Shown: positions 35,663-50,135 of the stretch, piece after piece
How the letters are laid out: every line of letters starts with the position of its first letter
Position numbering within the stretch: position 1 is the stretch's first letter
Source: Nemertoderma westbladi
Lineage: Eukaryota; Animalia; Xenacoelomorpha
Reading direction: 5' to 3'
Assembly: GCA_032718475.1 (NCBI GenBank)
Contig: JAUCBJ010006894.1
Location: 1-50,946, forward strand
DNA length: 50,946 nucleotides
Made by a program: the position numbers and the translations under genes
Notes under the pieces: model-generated
Database searches by the model: none
The model's input: only the letters and a program-made list of their open reading frames with translations
Told to the model about the DNA's origin: nothing

Positions 35663-36590
35663 CTCCATTTGAATATTTAAACCGAATAAAATGCTTTTCT
35701 TTTATTTAATTTTTCTTTTACATTATTTTCAGTTATTCTAATTACTTTTTAGACCTTTCCAGAACCTTTCCAGTGTTTTTATCGTCTTTTTATTTCAATC
35801 AACTGCCTTTTGTTTCATTTGATTCCGACCTTTTAAACTCTCTTTTATCACCTATTGCCCGGAATTTCCATTTTTTAAAAACATTTTTAAATTTTTAAAT
35901 AATCCATAATTATATATTTATATTCTGATGCAGTTTATTATTATTGTCTAATCTGAACTTTAAATAGTTTTATTATTAAATAATTATTTATTACCTGGGG
36001 AAATAGATCAATTGAAATTAAATTGCATAAATCATGTAATTTAAAATACCCTCAAACCAATAGGAATCCCTTCAAGCAATATTAAATTTACTTTTCTAGA
36101 CCAGTTTTTCCTGCCCAACACGAATATGAACTCCATTTTCATGCCCCAATAGTTATAAGAAAGGCGGCTGCCTCCCTGGGGGTCAGGATAATATATGTAA
36201 AGGCGGCACTCTGCCGTCCTGGGGGTCAAGTTATAATTAAATTACTAAACGCGGCTGTGTGCCGCCTTTTTTTTAAAGTGTACGCAAAAGGTTAAGGCGT
36301 TTTCTGTTTTTTCCGTTATACTACAGTACACTAAGTTACTAATAATAAATTTGGTGGCGGGAAATTTAATACTGTTGTATGTAATTATAATTTGGTCGTG
36401 GTTCTTCCGCAATTCCTAAAACACACACCTGCGTTCCACGGACAGTAAACCGGCTAAGGTTTCTCCTAATAGGATAAACTGTAATATTATATTCTCTAAA
36501 ATTTTTATTATATTACCCTACTATTCACTATATATCACGCCATCTCCCACTTTATAGGCAATATTACACGTTCGTGGGGACTTCGCGCAG

Positions 36591-37168
36591 CACGTAGTCG
36601 GCAAGCCTTGGCATACCGTTCATATAGAGCAAATGGGGCATGTCTAGTTTGGACCCAATATCCCATGCTATAAATGTATTCATTCGATATACAATCATAT
36701 GTTAATCCGCTAGGTGGTGTCAAATTGTTATTCTGCAATTTCGTACTTACCAGTGCAGCACTGTACAGCAGTACCGTACCGGTAGGCCTATGTCATTACT
36801 TCTGAGTCTCTAGCAGATCCCCAATTAAATGTCTTAACTTTTCAATTTCGTAAAAGATAGACTTCATGATTCTCTACAAGCAACCAAAATTTCAGCTCAG
36901 GAAAATGAGGCGTTCCCGAGAAATTTAACATTTTCTAAAAACCACATAATCTGTCGTAGCTGACGTCAGACTGCATGATTTTTCACCAAACTTTACAAAC
37001 TTTCTAAACTTTCTCTCTACTACTTACCTACTAAGTTTGGTTCAATTCCGAACGAGCGATGCCGAGAAATTCGCGTTCAAACATTTACCAGACAGACGGA
37101 CGGACAGACAGACGGACATGCCCCATTTGCCCTATATGAACCGTATGCAAAGGCTCGCCGACTACGTG
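36591..37168. mobile_element. MITE-like element with 54-bp inverted repeats and a (GACA/GACG)n tract
   Basis: 36591-36644 pairs with 37115-37168. The microsatellite at 37090-37117 recalls Helentron/DINE-1 elements. Confidence 0.75.
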
Positions 37169-37564
37169 TCTCGCCCCACATCCCCTGTTATTATATTACC
37201 CATCTAATATCCTTGTTATATCATATATGTTAATATTATTACACTCACAATTATTGGAACTAAACTCGTTTCCATTGGAACTAAATTCACATGAGGCTTA
37301 AATTGGAACTAGGAAAACGCTTCATATTATATCAGTAGTATATAATTGTGTGACACGGCTTCATGGTCACCCGTAGCCCATCATTACCATCCATTTCTAG
37401 TACTGCATCCAATCAGAAGCCACCATTTCAACCTTTAGCAGTAGTCGTTATTATTTCAACCAATCAGATGTCAGCATTTCATCCGTAACCATGGTAACTT
37501 CTCAAGTTCCCGCTTATTCCGCTAGAGGCGTTATTAGTCACCCAACGCTAGTACTGCATCCAAT

Positions 37565-37800
37565 CACCAACCTTTATTTTACAGGTGTTCGGGTGTCTAC
37601 ACTTAGCATCAGGTAACTTCTACTATTTTTCAAATCGCAATTTTTCACCAACCTTTATTTTACAGATGCTAGGAGTGTCTACAGGTAACGTCTACTATTT
37701 TTCAAATCGCTATTTTTCATCAACTAGTATTTTCATATTCACCAACCTTTATTTTACAGGTGCTACGAGTGTCTACAGGTAACTTCTACTATTTTTCACC
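37565..37800. repeat. Three imperfect ~85-95-bp tandem repeats
   Basis: caccaacctttattttacaggtg...caggtaacttctactatttttca, three times. Confidence 0.8.
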
Positions 37801-38383
37801 AGTAACTAAATTTAATTTTGCAATTTTTCAGATAACAAAATATTCAACCGGATTCGTTATAACTCCCCACATTTCTCCACTCACTCTCCCATCCAACCTC
37901 GAGAGAAAAAGGCGATAAAAATCCGAGTTATAGCTGTTGAATGCCAAGTAATAATTATTCAATATCGATTTATTCATCATAACTGGTCACAGATGTTTAC
38001 AAATAGCTTGTGGTAGTATCAATTATAAATTATTGTTCATTGAATTCTATACTATAGCATATGTCACCAACGAGATCCAATTATTCTAATGATTTCGATA
38101 GCATAAAATGCATATCAATTAATACGAAATACATCTAACTAATAATAATAATCTACTTGTTCTACATACATTATCACTACAATATTGACAGGTTAATTAC
38201 GTTTGAATATAAGATGGAATGACAATTAATGTTTAGATGTAGGGTATTGATTGTTGTGAGTATGTGCTAGATATAGCAGTAATAGTGTTATTCGATATGT
38301 AACATTATGAAACAATGTCTCATGTATACACTGTAGTGTTGCAACTATGTGTAGGTAAGTCAATGTGTCAGTGTTAATATAGT

Positions 38384-38837
38384 ATATTACATTTTTTATA
38401 ATATATTGGTTCTACAGAGTGATGCTGGGTTTTAGCACTATTAATTTAACATTTTTTTATTGCGAAATTAGATTCACTGAAAAATTCCATGAATAAACTT
38501 TGCGAGACATTCCTTAACTATTCTTTGACAACAAATTGTCTATCTATCTATTTTGAGTAAAAAATGTGAAAATTAAAGTACTGTTATATTTATTTAAAAA
38601 TATGAAATTTCGTCAGTAAATGCGATACTGCTGTAATCATCTATTTTTTAGTAAAAAAATAATAAACTTACTGTATATATGTTGAAAACCAAGCATCATG
38701 CTACAGAAAAAATATTAACTTAAAATTCTTCACAAACTTATTAACTGAAAATAGTATCTAGCATATATTCAACGTTTAATTTTACATTTTTTTAGTCAAA
38801 GGTAGATTCACTGACATTGTTCTAGAACTTAATAGAA
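38384..38837 (+). repeat. AT-rich module X, reused in both orientations downstream
   Basis: Direct partial copy at 40476-40713; inverted copies at 41143-41620 and 43477-43912, and in later units. Confidence 0.85.
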
Positions 38838-38839
38838 TT

Positions 38840-40440
38840 TGCTGTCATGTTGCAGATCATCCTTCATATGCTGCCTATGGCGACTGATTTCACTTCTCTG
38901 CAAAATATTACACGTATTTCCAGCATCTTTGAAATTTAGGTCTCCAGTTGTGATACTCGGAGCCAGCTTAAAAACGATTCCTAGCCATATGACTTCTGTT
39001 GGATCGGTTGTAATACCTGTTGTCATAGGTTATGTCACATTGGTCATTACTGGGGTACGAGGTATGTTCAGATTGGTCTCTTAGATGAGGGTTTGGGAAG
39101 TGTTGATGTGGATAATCATGTCTACTCACTCTGTGCTTCTGATACTGCTGGTATGTTTGACTTTGGTGTCGAGATGATTCTGGGGCATGTCTCCAAGAGT
39201 TCCTCACATACTCCGTATGCCTATTATTATCTTGCGGGATAGATTTATATTGATTACCATTATAGTTGGCTTAATTGTTATTGTGCCAGTATGAATCCCT
39301 AGAGGTTTTGTAGTGTAGATCAAACCCCTTTATTATTCCGCTTCATATCTGTGCTGCTTCTACTGCTTCCGTTTGTTGGAAGGGGTGCTTCGTTGGGTTT
39401 CTTGTTCGTATCTCGTTTGATGTTGCTTAAAGTTGTTGTGTTCATTCTTGCTACTACCTTGTGATTTTCTTAGATTGACAGTTTCTTTGGAAACATTATT
39501 TAGATTCGCCAAGAAATCAGTCTGTTATTGTAGAAGTATGGTAATTTTGGTATCATTATCTAGTTCACTATATTTGTTTTCAGTCTTAATGTTGTGCTGC
39601 ATCTGGATCTTTGATTTGAAGGTTGGTTTGGCAGGTCTTTTTGGTTCTTGCCAGGTGTCATTGTTTTTGAGGACTTGTTCTAGAGTAGAGGGACATTTCA
39701 CTGATGGGTTTGTGATTATTACAGAGTCTTTTCTTATGTTTGTTGGTACCTGACTTCCTTGCAGGGATTCACCATTCTTTTCCTTTATGCTGTATGAGTA
39801 AGTAGGATCCATTTCAGTTTCATTTGATTTGTCTGATATATTATCTACTGTTATATACTCATCAGTCTCTGATGGTGAAGATATGTCAGTTGTAGAAGTT
39901 GTGGACTTCTAGATATGTCAGTTGTAGAAGTTGTGGACTTTTTCTAAGCCATGTGGTACTAGGGACCTAGCAAAAATTTCTTTTGGATTTTGCATGATGC
40001 TCTCCACCCTGGCTGTTTCAATGAATTCATATGATGTCATAGCTTTGCTGAGTTTTGTCAGAGTCATATTCATTGCCTCTGTTGATGTTTCCTTTGGTTG
40101 TGTCTTCGGGGAATTAATAGTGGGATTCCTCGGATTTGGTTCTTGATAAATAAACTGCTGCCTGAGCCTAATATTATTATGTGCTTTACTGTCACAGCCG
40201 ATTTCAATAGCAACAGGCTTTGTGCAGGGAAGGTTATCTAATGAATTGGTGCGACGATGATTGCGTTGGTTAATCTTGCTAGCCTTTCTAGTGTTATGAT
40301 GTTCCGTTCCCTTCTTTTGGGAAGCAGATTGAGAAGTGTATACTGGTTGTGTAATTCGAACATCTTTCATACATGTTCTTAGCCACCCAGTTTCGAACAG
40401 CTATGCCTCTCTCCTTGGGATTGATTGGAGGGCAAGATGA
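38840..40440 (-). pseudogene. Decayed coding-like sequence, possibly a retroelement gag region
   Basis: Consecutive minus-strand ORF pieces, hydrophilic with strand bias; no diagnostic motif recognised. Confidence 0.3.
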
Positions 40441-41619
40441 ATGGCTTTTCAAGAAGAATGAATTTTTTTTGGCTTATGAAATTTCTTCAGTAAATGCGAG
40501 ACTGCTGTAATCATCTATTTTTTTAGTAAAAAATAATAAACTTACAGTATATATGTTAAAAACCAAACATCACGCTACAGAAAAAATATTAACTTAAAAT
40601 TTTTCACAAACTTATTAACTGTAAACAGTATCTAGCATATATCCAACGTTTAATTTTACATTTATTTTTAGTCAAAGGTAGATTCACTGACATTGTTCTA
40701 GAACTTAATAGAAATGTGAGCTAGACATTGAAGCACTATCTTAAGGTAGGTGTGACAATGTGTGAAATATAATTCATGTATTATGATCAAGTGAGATATT
40801 GTTATGATTATAAAAGCTAGTATGTTTGTTTAGTTAATAAAATAAGGTTTTAATAGTTAATAATAATAATTAATTCAATAAGGTTATGAAGTCATATTAT
40901 AAGATTATAAGGTTATAAGGTCGGTCATTCCATAATCGATACACAAATAGTATGTTACAACTGGAAATACAAGTGTTAACTACATTTGTTGTGGAAAATA
41001 AATAATCAACACACAGGAAGATGTTCTATTTACACCACCTAGAGAAATGAATAATTTGGCAATTATCAAAGATGAAATACACTCTGCTTCCGCTGGGCGG
41101 CTTTATCCTGAATAAATTTAGAAACGCCTTCAAAGGGAACATGAATCTAACTTTGACTAAAAAAAAAATGTTAAATTTAATGTTGCCTATATATAATGCT
41201 AGATACTGTTTTCAGTTAATAAGTTTGTGAAGAATTTTAAGTAAATAATATACAAGTTAATATTGTTTCTATAGGGTGATGTTTGGTTTTAAACATATAT
41301 ACTGTAAGATTATTATTTTTTACTAAAAAAAATAGCTGATTACAACAGTCTCACATTTACTGAAGAAATTTCATATTTTTGAATAAATATAACAGTACTT
41401 ACTCAGTTTTAAGGCTTACATTTTAATTTTCACATTTTTTACTCAAAATAGATAGATAGATAGACAGTTTGTTGTCAAAGAATAGTTGAGGAATGTCTCG
41501 CAAAGTTTATTCATGGAATTTTTCAGTGAATCTAATTTCGCAATAAAAAAATGTCAAATTAATAGTGCTAAAACCCAACATCACTCTGTAGAAACAATAT
41601 ATTATAAAAAATTTAATAT

Positions 41620-43150
41620 TGTCACCAAACGACCATGCAAGTAATGGTGGAAATGTTGACAAGCTCAGTTTAGAGCCCACAACTTCAAGTGTGGTGCATC
41701 ATATTGCTGTTGATCATTGTTTATATGTTTTGATGCATAAGCAATAATGAGGTGTAATTTGTTGTCAATGGTGCTAATCTGTGAAAGTATGGCGGCAAAA
41801 CCATTGCCACTTGCATCAGTTTCAAGTACAAATTCTTTGTTGAAGTCCGGGTATTGTAAAACCGGTGTAGTGATAAGTCGATTCTTTAGTTCCCAAAATC
41901 CTAACCGTGTTTAATTTGTCCAAACAAAAGGCGTAATTTTTTGGAGTAAATTATATAAAGGTTTTGCGATTTTTCCGTAACCTTCAACATAACGCCAGTA
42001 ATAATACGTTAATCAAAGAAACATTTACTCTTCTTTTATATTTCGAGGTTCAGGGTAATTTAGAACTTTTTCGATATTATTGCTGGATCAGGACTAATCC
42101 CATTTCGTGAAATAACATGTCCCAGATATTTTATTTATATCTGACTAAACTTACATTTCTTTTGTTTCAACTTCAGATTTACTTTCTTAATCCGTTGTAA
42201 GACAAGTTTCAGTTGCTCTGTTAATGTTGTTAACGGCATTTCAACTGAAGAAGATAAACAATTCCATGTATTTATTGATGATATATTAGTAAAATCAATT
42301 AGATATTATCATTGTTATTCCGTATTGATTTTACTAATATATCATCAATAAATACATGGAATTGTTTATCTTCTTCAGTTGAAATGCCGTTCAATAATTT
42401 CTCCATAGTTCGTTGGAAAGTAGCTGGTGCGTTACATAATCCGAAGGCAAGTACTATGAATTCATAAAATCCAGAGCAACAATTAAATGTTGGTTTAGGA
42501 ATGTCTCTATATGACATCGGGATCTGTCAGTAGCCGGTAGCCAAATCAAGTGTTGAGATATATTTCGAGGGCTGTAAATCATCTAATATATCATCAATAT
42601 GTGGTAGTGGGTAGTTATCCTTAACAGTGATACTGTTCAGCTTCCTGTAATCGACACAAAAGTGTGGAGTGCCATCTGACTTCTTAGCTAATAGTACAGG
42701 AGAAGACAAGGGACTTTGTGATGGTTGTATAATACTGAATTTCACCATTTTGTCAATTTCATTGGCAATTACTGTTTTAAAGAGTGTGAGGTGTTCTCTT
42801 AATTGCAATATTAGTACCAGTATCGATTGAATGGTCTGCTAATTCCATTCTACCAAGCTCATCATCTGATAGTTGAAGCACTTCATTGTATTCTTTTAAT
42901 ACATTAAGCAATTTTTCTTTCTCTTCTATGGTTAGGTCTGTATCTGATAGATCAACTTGCTCCTGTATAATATTATGTCTCTCATTGACATCAGTAACCA
43001 ATGAAACATTACTTTCTCCTATCTCAATTATTGTTTCCTCTTCATTTTTGTTATCATTCAAAGATAGATCCAATGTTCTCAATTTTTGTACATTGGCCTA
43101 TTATCAATCCCTCTGGTATTGACTTATGTAAAGAATCTAAATTTAGTACA
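41620..43150 (-). pseudogene. Ty3/Gypsy pol fragment (RT and RNase H), copy 1
   Basis: SSPVLLAKKSDG..FCVDYRKLN..YPLPHIDD; FGLCNAPATFQ; VFIDDILV; PVLQYPDFNKEFVLETDAS; frameshifted. Confidence 0.92.
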
Positions 43151-43199
43151 CCGAGCATGCTATAACCATTAGTTTCAGCTTCGTGTACCGAATCTGTGA

Positions 43200-43476
43200 T
43201 ACTACTACTGTACTACTAGGTCGAGCGAACTCGGACAGTGAAAATGAGATCCTTCCAGGCTTCCCGATTCTCCATAGTTGTCACAATTTCGTTTCTACCA
43301 AGTTCAGTATCCCTTTCAAGTTGATCTATATATGTTATGGTCGGTCATCCATGACTACGCTTTCCAAGAGTTGGTTGCCAGAGAAGTAGATCTGGTTTGA
43401 CCTCGTCTTTACTTCGCCAGCAGTGCCCACTGAATCTTAATCTGCGTTCACGTAGGGTGGTTGATACAGGTGGTAT
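43200..43476 (-). mobile_element. RTE family B 3' fragment (also 46740-47016 and 50185-50461)
   Basis: Matches 1462-1728. Confidence 0.9.
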
Positions 43477-45159
43477 GAATGTTAAATTTAATGTTGCCTA
43501 TATGCTAGATACTGCTTTCAGTTAATAAGTTTGTGAAGAATTTTAAGTAAATAGTATATAAGTTAATATTGTTTCTATAGGGTGATGTTTGGTTTTAAAC
43601 GATTATTATTTTTTACTAAAAAATAGCTGATTACAACAGTCTCACATTTACTGAAGAAATTTCATATTGTTGAATAAATATAACAGTACTTACTCAGTTT
43701 TAAGGCTTACATTTTAATTTTCACATTTTTTACTCAAAATAGATAGATAGATAGACAGTTTGTTGTCAAAGAATAGTTGAGGAATGTCTCGCAAAGTTTA
43801 TTCATGGAATTTTTCAGTGAATCTAATTTCGCAATAAAAAAATGTCAAATTAATAATGCTAAAACCCAGCATCACTCTGTAGAACCAATATATTATAAAA
43901 AATGTAATATTGTTACCAAACGACCATACAAGTAATGGTGGAAATAGCTACTTTCCAACGAACTATGGAGAAATTATTGAACGGCATTTCAACTGAAGAA
44001 GAAACTTTTTGGCTTATGAAATTTCTTCAGTAAATGCGAGACTGCTGTAATCATCTATTTTTTTAGTAAAAAATAATAAACTTACAGTATATATGTTAAA
44101 AACCAAACATCACGCTACAGAAAAAATATTAACTTAAAATTTTTCACAAACTTATTAACTGTAAACAGTATCTAGCATATATCCAACGTTTAATTTTACA
44201 TTTATTTTTAGTCAAAGGTAGATTCACTGACATTGTTCTAGAACTTAATAGAAATGTGAGCTAGACATTGAAGCACTATCTTAAGGTAGGTGTGACAATG
44301 TGTGAAATATAATTCATGTATTATGATCAAGTGAGATATTGTTATGATTATAAAAGCTAGTATGTTTGTTTAGTTAATAAAATAAGGTTTTAATAGTTAA
44401 TAATAATAATTAATTCAATAAGGTTATGAAGTCATATTATAAGATTATAAGGTTATAAGGTCGGTCATTCCATAATCGATACACAAATAGTATGTTACAA
44501 CTGGAAATACAAGTGTTAACTACATTTGTTGTGGAAAATAAATAATCAACACACAGGAAGATGTTCTATTTACACCACCTAGAGAAATGAATAATTTGGC
44601 AATTATCAAAGATGAAATACACTCTGCTTCCGCTGGGCGGCTTTATCCTGAATAAATTTAGAAACGCCTTCAAAGGGAACATGAATCTAACTTTGACTAA
44701 AAAAAAAATGTTAAATTTAATGTTGCCTATATATAATGCTAGATACTGTTTTCAGTTAATAAGTTTGTGAAGAATTTTAAGTAAATAGTATACAAGTTAA
44801 TATTGTTTCTATAGGGTGATGTTTGGTTTTAAACATATATACTGTAAGATTATTATTTTTTACTAAAAAAAATAGCTGATTACAACAGTCTCACATTTAC
44901 TGAAGAAATTTCATATTTTTGAATAAATATAACAGTACTTACTCAGTTTTAAGGCTTACATTTTAATTTTCACATTTTTTACTCAAAATAGATAGATAGA
45001 TAGACAGTTTGTTGTCAAAGAATAGTTGAGGAATGTCTCGCAAAGTTTATTCATGGAATTTTTCAGTGAATCTAATTTCGCAATAAAAAAATGTCAAATT
45101 AATAGTGCTAAAACCCAACATCACTCTGTAGAAACAATATATTATAAAAAATTTAATAT

Positions 45160-46690
45160 TGTCACCAAACGACCATGCAAGTAATGGTGGAAATGTTGAC
45201 AAGCTCAGTTTAGAGCCCACAACTCCAAGTGTGGTGCATCATATTGCTGTTGATCATTGTTTATATGTTTTGATGCATAAGCAATAATGAGGTGTAATTT
45301 GTTGTCAATGGTGCTAATCTGTGAAAGTATGGTGGCAAAACCATTGCCACTTGCATCAGTTTCAAGTACAAATTCTTTGTTGAAGTCCGGGTATTGTAAA
45401 ACCGGTGTAGTGATAAGTCGATTCTTTAGTTCCCAAAATCCTAACCGTGTTTAATTTGTCCAAACAAAAGGCGTAATTTTTTGGAGTAAATTATATAAAG
45501 GTTTTGCGATTTTTCCGTAACCTTCAACATAACGCCAGTAATAATACGTTAATCAAAGAAACATTTACTCTTCTTTTATATTTCGAGGTTCAGGGTAATT
45601 TAGAACTTTTTCGATATTATTGCTGGATCAGGACTAATCCCATTTCGTGAAATAACATGTCCCAGATATTTTATTTATATCTGACTAAACTTACATTTCT
45701 TTTGTTTCAACTTCAGATTTACTTTCTTAATCCGTTGTAAGACAAGTTTCAGTTGCTCTGTTAATGTTGTTAACGGCATTTCAACTGAAGAAGATAAACA
45801 ATTCCATGTATTTATTGATGATATATTAGTAAAATCAATTAGATATTATCATTGTTATTCCGTATTGATTTTACTAATATATCATCAATAAATACATGGA
45901 ATTGTTTATCTTCTTCAGTTGAAATGCCGTTCAATAATTTCTCCATAGTTCGTTGGAAAGTAGCTGGTGCGTTACATAATCCGAAGGCAAGTACTATGAA
46001 TTCATAAAATCCAGAGCAACAATTAAATGTTGGTTTAGGAATGTCTCTATATGACATCGGGATCTGTCAGTAGCCGGTAGCCAAATCAAGTGTTGAGATA
46101 TATTTCGAGGGCTGTAAATCATCTAATATATCATCAATATGTGGTAGTGGGTAGTTATCCTTAACAGTGATACTGTTCAGCTTCCTGTAATCGACACAAA
46201 AGTGTGGAGTGCCATCTGACTTCTTAGCTAATAGTACAGGAGAAGACAAGGGACTTTGTGATGGTTGTATAATACTGAATTTCACCATTTTGTCAATTTC
46301 ATTGGCAATTACTGTTTTAAAGAGTGTGAGGTGTTCTCTTAATTGCAATATTAGTACCAGTATCGATTGAATGGTCTGCTAATTCCATTCTACCAAGCTC
46401 ATCATCTGATAGTTGAAGCACTTCATTGTATTCTTTTAATACATTAAGCAATTTTTCTTTCTCTTCTATGGTTAGGTCTGTATCTGATAGATCAACTTGC
46501 TCCTGTATAATATTATGTCTCTCATTGACATCAGTAACCAATGAAACATTACTTTCTCCTATCTCAATTATTGTTTCCTCTTCATTTTTGTTATCATTCA
46601 AAGATAGATCCAATGTTCTCAATTTTTGTACATTGGCCTATTATCAATCCCTCTGGTATTGACTTATGTAAAGAATCTAAATTTAGTACA
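45160..46690 (-). pseudogene. Ty3/Gypsy pol fragment, copy 2
   Basis: Same motifs as copy 1. Confidence 0.92.
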
Positions 46691-48699
46691 CCGAGCATGC
46701 TATAACCATTAGTTTCAGCTTCGTGTACCGAATCTGTGATACTACTACTGTACTACTAGGTCGAGCGAACTCGGACAGTGAAAATGAGATCCTTCCAGGC
46801 TTCCCGATTCTCCATAGTTGTCACAATTTCGTTTCTACCAAGTTCAGTATCCCTTTCAAGTTGATCTATATATGTTATGGTCGGTCATCCATGACTACGC
46901 TTTCCAAGAGTTGGTTGCCAGAGAAGTAGATCTGGTTTGACCTCGTCTTTACTTCGCCAGCAGTGCCCACTGAATCTTAATCTGCGTTCACGTAGGGTGG
47001 TTGACACAGGTGGTATGAATGTTAAATTTAATGTTGCCTATATGCTAGATACTGCTTTCAGTTAATAAGTTTGTGAAGAATTTTAAGTAAATAGTATATA
47101 AGTTAATATTGTTTCTATAGGGTGATGTTTGGTTTTAAACGATTATTATTTTTTACTAAAAAATAGCTGATTACAACAGTCTCACATTTACTGAAGAAAT
47201 TTCATATTGTTGAATAAATATAACAGTACTTACTCAGTTTTAAGGCTTACATTTTAATTTTCACATTTTTTACTCAAAATAGATAGATAGATAGACAGTT
47301 TGTTGTCAAAGAATAGTTGAGGAATGTCTCGCAAAGTTTATTCATGGAATTTTTCAGTGAATCTAATTTCGCAATAAAAAAATGTCAAATTAATAATGCT
47401 AAAACCCAGCATCACTCTGTAGAACCAATATATTATAAAAAATGTAATATTGTTACCAAACGACCATACAAGTAATGGTGGAAATAGCTACTTTCCAACG
47501 AACTATGGAGAAATTATTGAACGGCATTTCAACTGAAGAAGAAACTTTTTGGCTTATGAAATTTCTTCAGTAAATGCGAGACTGCTGTAATCATCTATTT
47601 TTTTAGTAAAAAATAATAAACTTACAGTATATATGTTAAAAACCAAACATCACGCTACAGAAAAAATATTAACTTAAAATTTTTCACAAACTTATTAACT
47701 GTAAACAGTATCTAGCATATATCCAACGTTTAATTTTACATTTATTTTTAGTCAAAGGTAGATTCACTGACATTGTTCTAGAACTTAATAGAAATGTGAG
47801 CTAGACATTGAAGCACTATCTTAAGGTAGGTGTGACAATGTGTGAAATATAATTCATGTATTATGATCAAGTGAGATATTGTTATGATTATAAAAGCTAG
47901 TATGTTTGTTTAGTTAATAAAATAAGGTTTTAATAGTTAATAATAATAATTAATTCAATAAGGTTATGAAGTCATATTATAAGATTATAAGGTTATAAGG
48001 TCGGTCATTCCATAATCGATACACAAATAGTATGTTACAACTGGAAATACAAGTGTTAACTACATTTGTTGTGGAAAATAAATAATCAACACACAGGAAG
48101 ATGTTCTATTTACACCACCTAGAGAAATGAATAATTTGGCAATTATCAAAGATGAAATACACTCTGCTTCCGCTGGGCGGCTTTATCCTGAATAAATTTA
48201 GAAACGCCTTCAAAGGGAACATGAATCTAACTTTGACTAAAAAAAAAATGTTAAATTTAATGTTGCCTATATATAATGCTAGATACTGTTTTCAGTTAAT
48301 AAGTTTGTGAAGAATTTTAAGTAAATAGTATACAAGTTAATATTGTTTCTATAGGGTGATGTTTGGTTTTAAACATATATACTGTAAGATTATTATTTTT
48401 TACTAAAAAAAATAGCTGATTACAACAGTCTCACATTTACTGAAGAAATTTCATATTTTTGAATAAATATAACAGTACTTACTCAGTTTTAAGGCTTACA
48501 TTTTAATTTTCACATTTTTTACTCAAAATAGATAGATAGATAGACAGTTTGTTGTCAAAGAATAGTTGAGGAATGTCTCGCAAAGTTTATTCATGGAATT
48601 TTTCAGTGAATCTAATTTCGCAATAAAAAAATGTCAAATTAATAGTGCTAAAACCCAACATCACTCTGTAGAAACAATATATTATAAAAAATTTAATAT

Positions 48700-50135
48700 T
48701 GTCACCAAACGACCATGCAAGTAATGGTGGAAATGTTGACAAGCTCAGTTTAGAGCCCACAACTCCAAGTGTGGTGCATCATATTGCTGTTGATCATTGT
48801 TTATATGTTTTGATGCATAAGCAATAATGAGGTGTAATTTGTTGTCAATGGTGCTAATCTGTGAAAGTATGGCGGCAAAACCATTGCCACTTGCATCAGT
48901 TTCAAGTACAAATTCTTTGTTGAAGTCCGGGTATTGTAAAACCGGTGTAGTGATAAGTCGATTCTTTAGTTCCCAAAATCCTAACCGTGTTTAATTTGTC
49001 CAAACAAAAGGCGTAATTTTTTGGAGTAAATTATATAAAGGTTTTGCGATTTTTCCGTAACCTTCAACATAACGCCAGTAATAATACGTTAATCAAAGAA
49101 ACATTTACTCTTCTTTTATATTTCGAGGTTCAGGGTAATTTAGAACTTTTTCGATATTATTGCTGGATCAGGACTAATCCCATTTCGTGAAATAACATGT
49201 CCCAGATATTTTATTTATATCTGACTAAACTTACATTTCTTTTGTTTCAACTTCAGATTTACTTTCTTAATCCGTTGTAAGACAAGTTTCAGTTGCTCTG
49301 TAAATGTAATTGATTTTACTAATATATCATCAATAAATACATGGAATTGTTTATCTTCTTCAGTTGAAATGCCGTTCAATAATTTCTCCATAGTTCGTTG
49401 GAAAGTAGCTGGTGCGTTACATAATCCGAAGGCAAGTACTATGAATTCATAAAATCCAGAGCAACAATTAAATGTTGGTTTAGGAATGTCTCTATATGAC
49501 ATCGGGATCTGTCAGTAGCCGGTAGCCAAATCAAGTGTTGAGATATATTTCGAGGGCTGTAAATCATCTAATATATCATCAATATGTGGTAGTGGGTAGT
49601 TATCCTTAACAGTGATACTGTTCAGCTTCCTGTAATCGACACAAAAGTGTGGAGTGCCATCTGACTTCTTAGCTAATAGTACAGGAGAAGACAAGGGACT
49701 TTGTGATGGTTGTATAATACTGAATTTCACCATTTTGTCAATTTCATTGGCAATTACTGTTTTAAAGAGTGTGAGGTGTTCTCTTAATTGCAATATTAGT
49801 ACCAGTATCGATTGAATGGTCTGCTAATTCCGTTCTACCAAGCTCATCATCTGATAGTTGAAGCACTTCATTGTATTCTTTTAATACATTAAGCAATTTT
49901 TCTTTCTCTTCTATGGTTAGGTCTGTATCTGATAGATCAACTTGCTCCTGTATAATATTATGTCTCTCATTGACATCAGTAACCAATGAAACATTACTTT
50001 CTCCTATCTCAATTATTGTTTCCTCTTCATTTTTGTTATCATTCAAAGATAGATCCAATGTTCTCAATTTTTGTACATTGGCCTATTATCAATCCCTCTG
50101 GTATTGACTTATGTAAAGAATCTAAATTTAGTACA
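48700..50135 (-). pseudogene. Ty3/Gypsy pol fragment, copy 3 (no foldback insertion)
   Basis: RT frame continues IDDILVKSITFTEQLKLVLQRIKKVNLKLKQKKCKF. Confidence 0.92.

Noticed and set aside
38384-43912. Module X as the LTR of the Gypsy fragment
   Set aside because: No TG...CA ends, PBS or PPT; it joins the middle of RNase H and its copies have variable boundaries.
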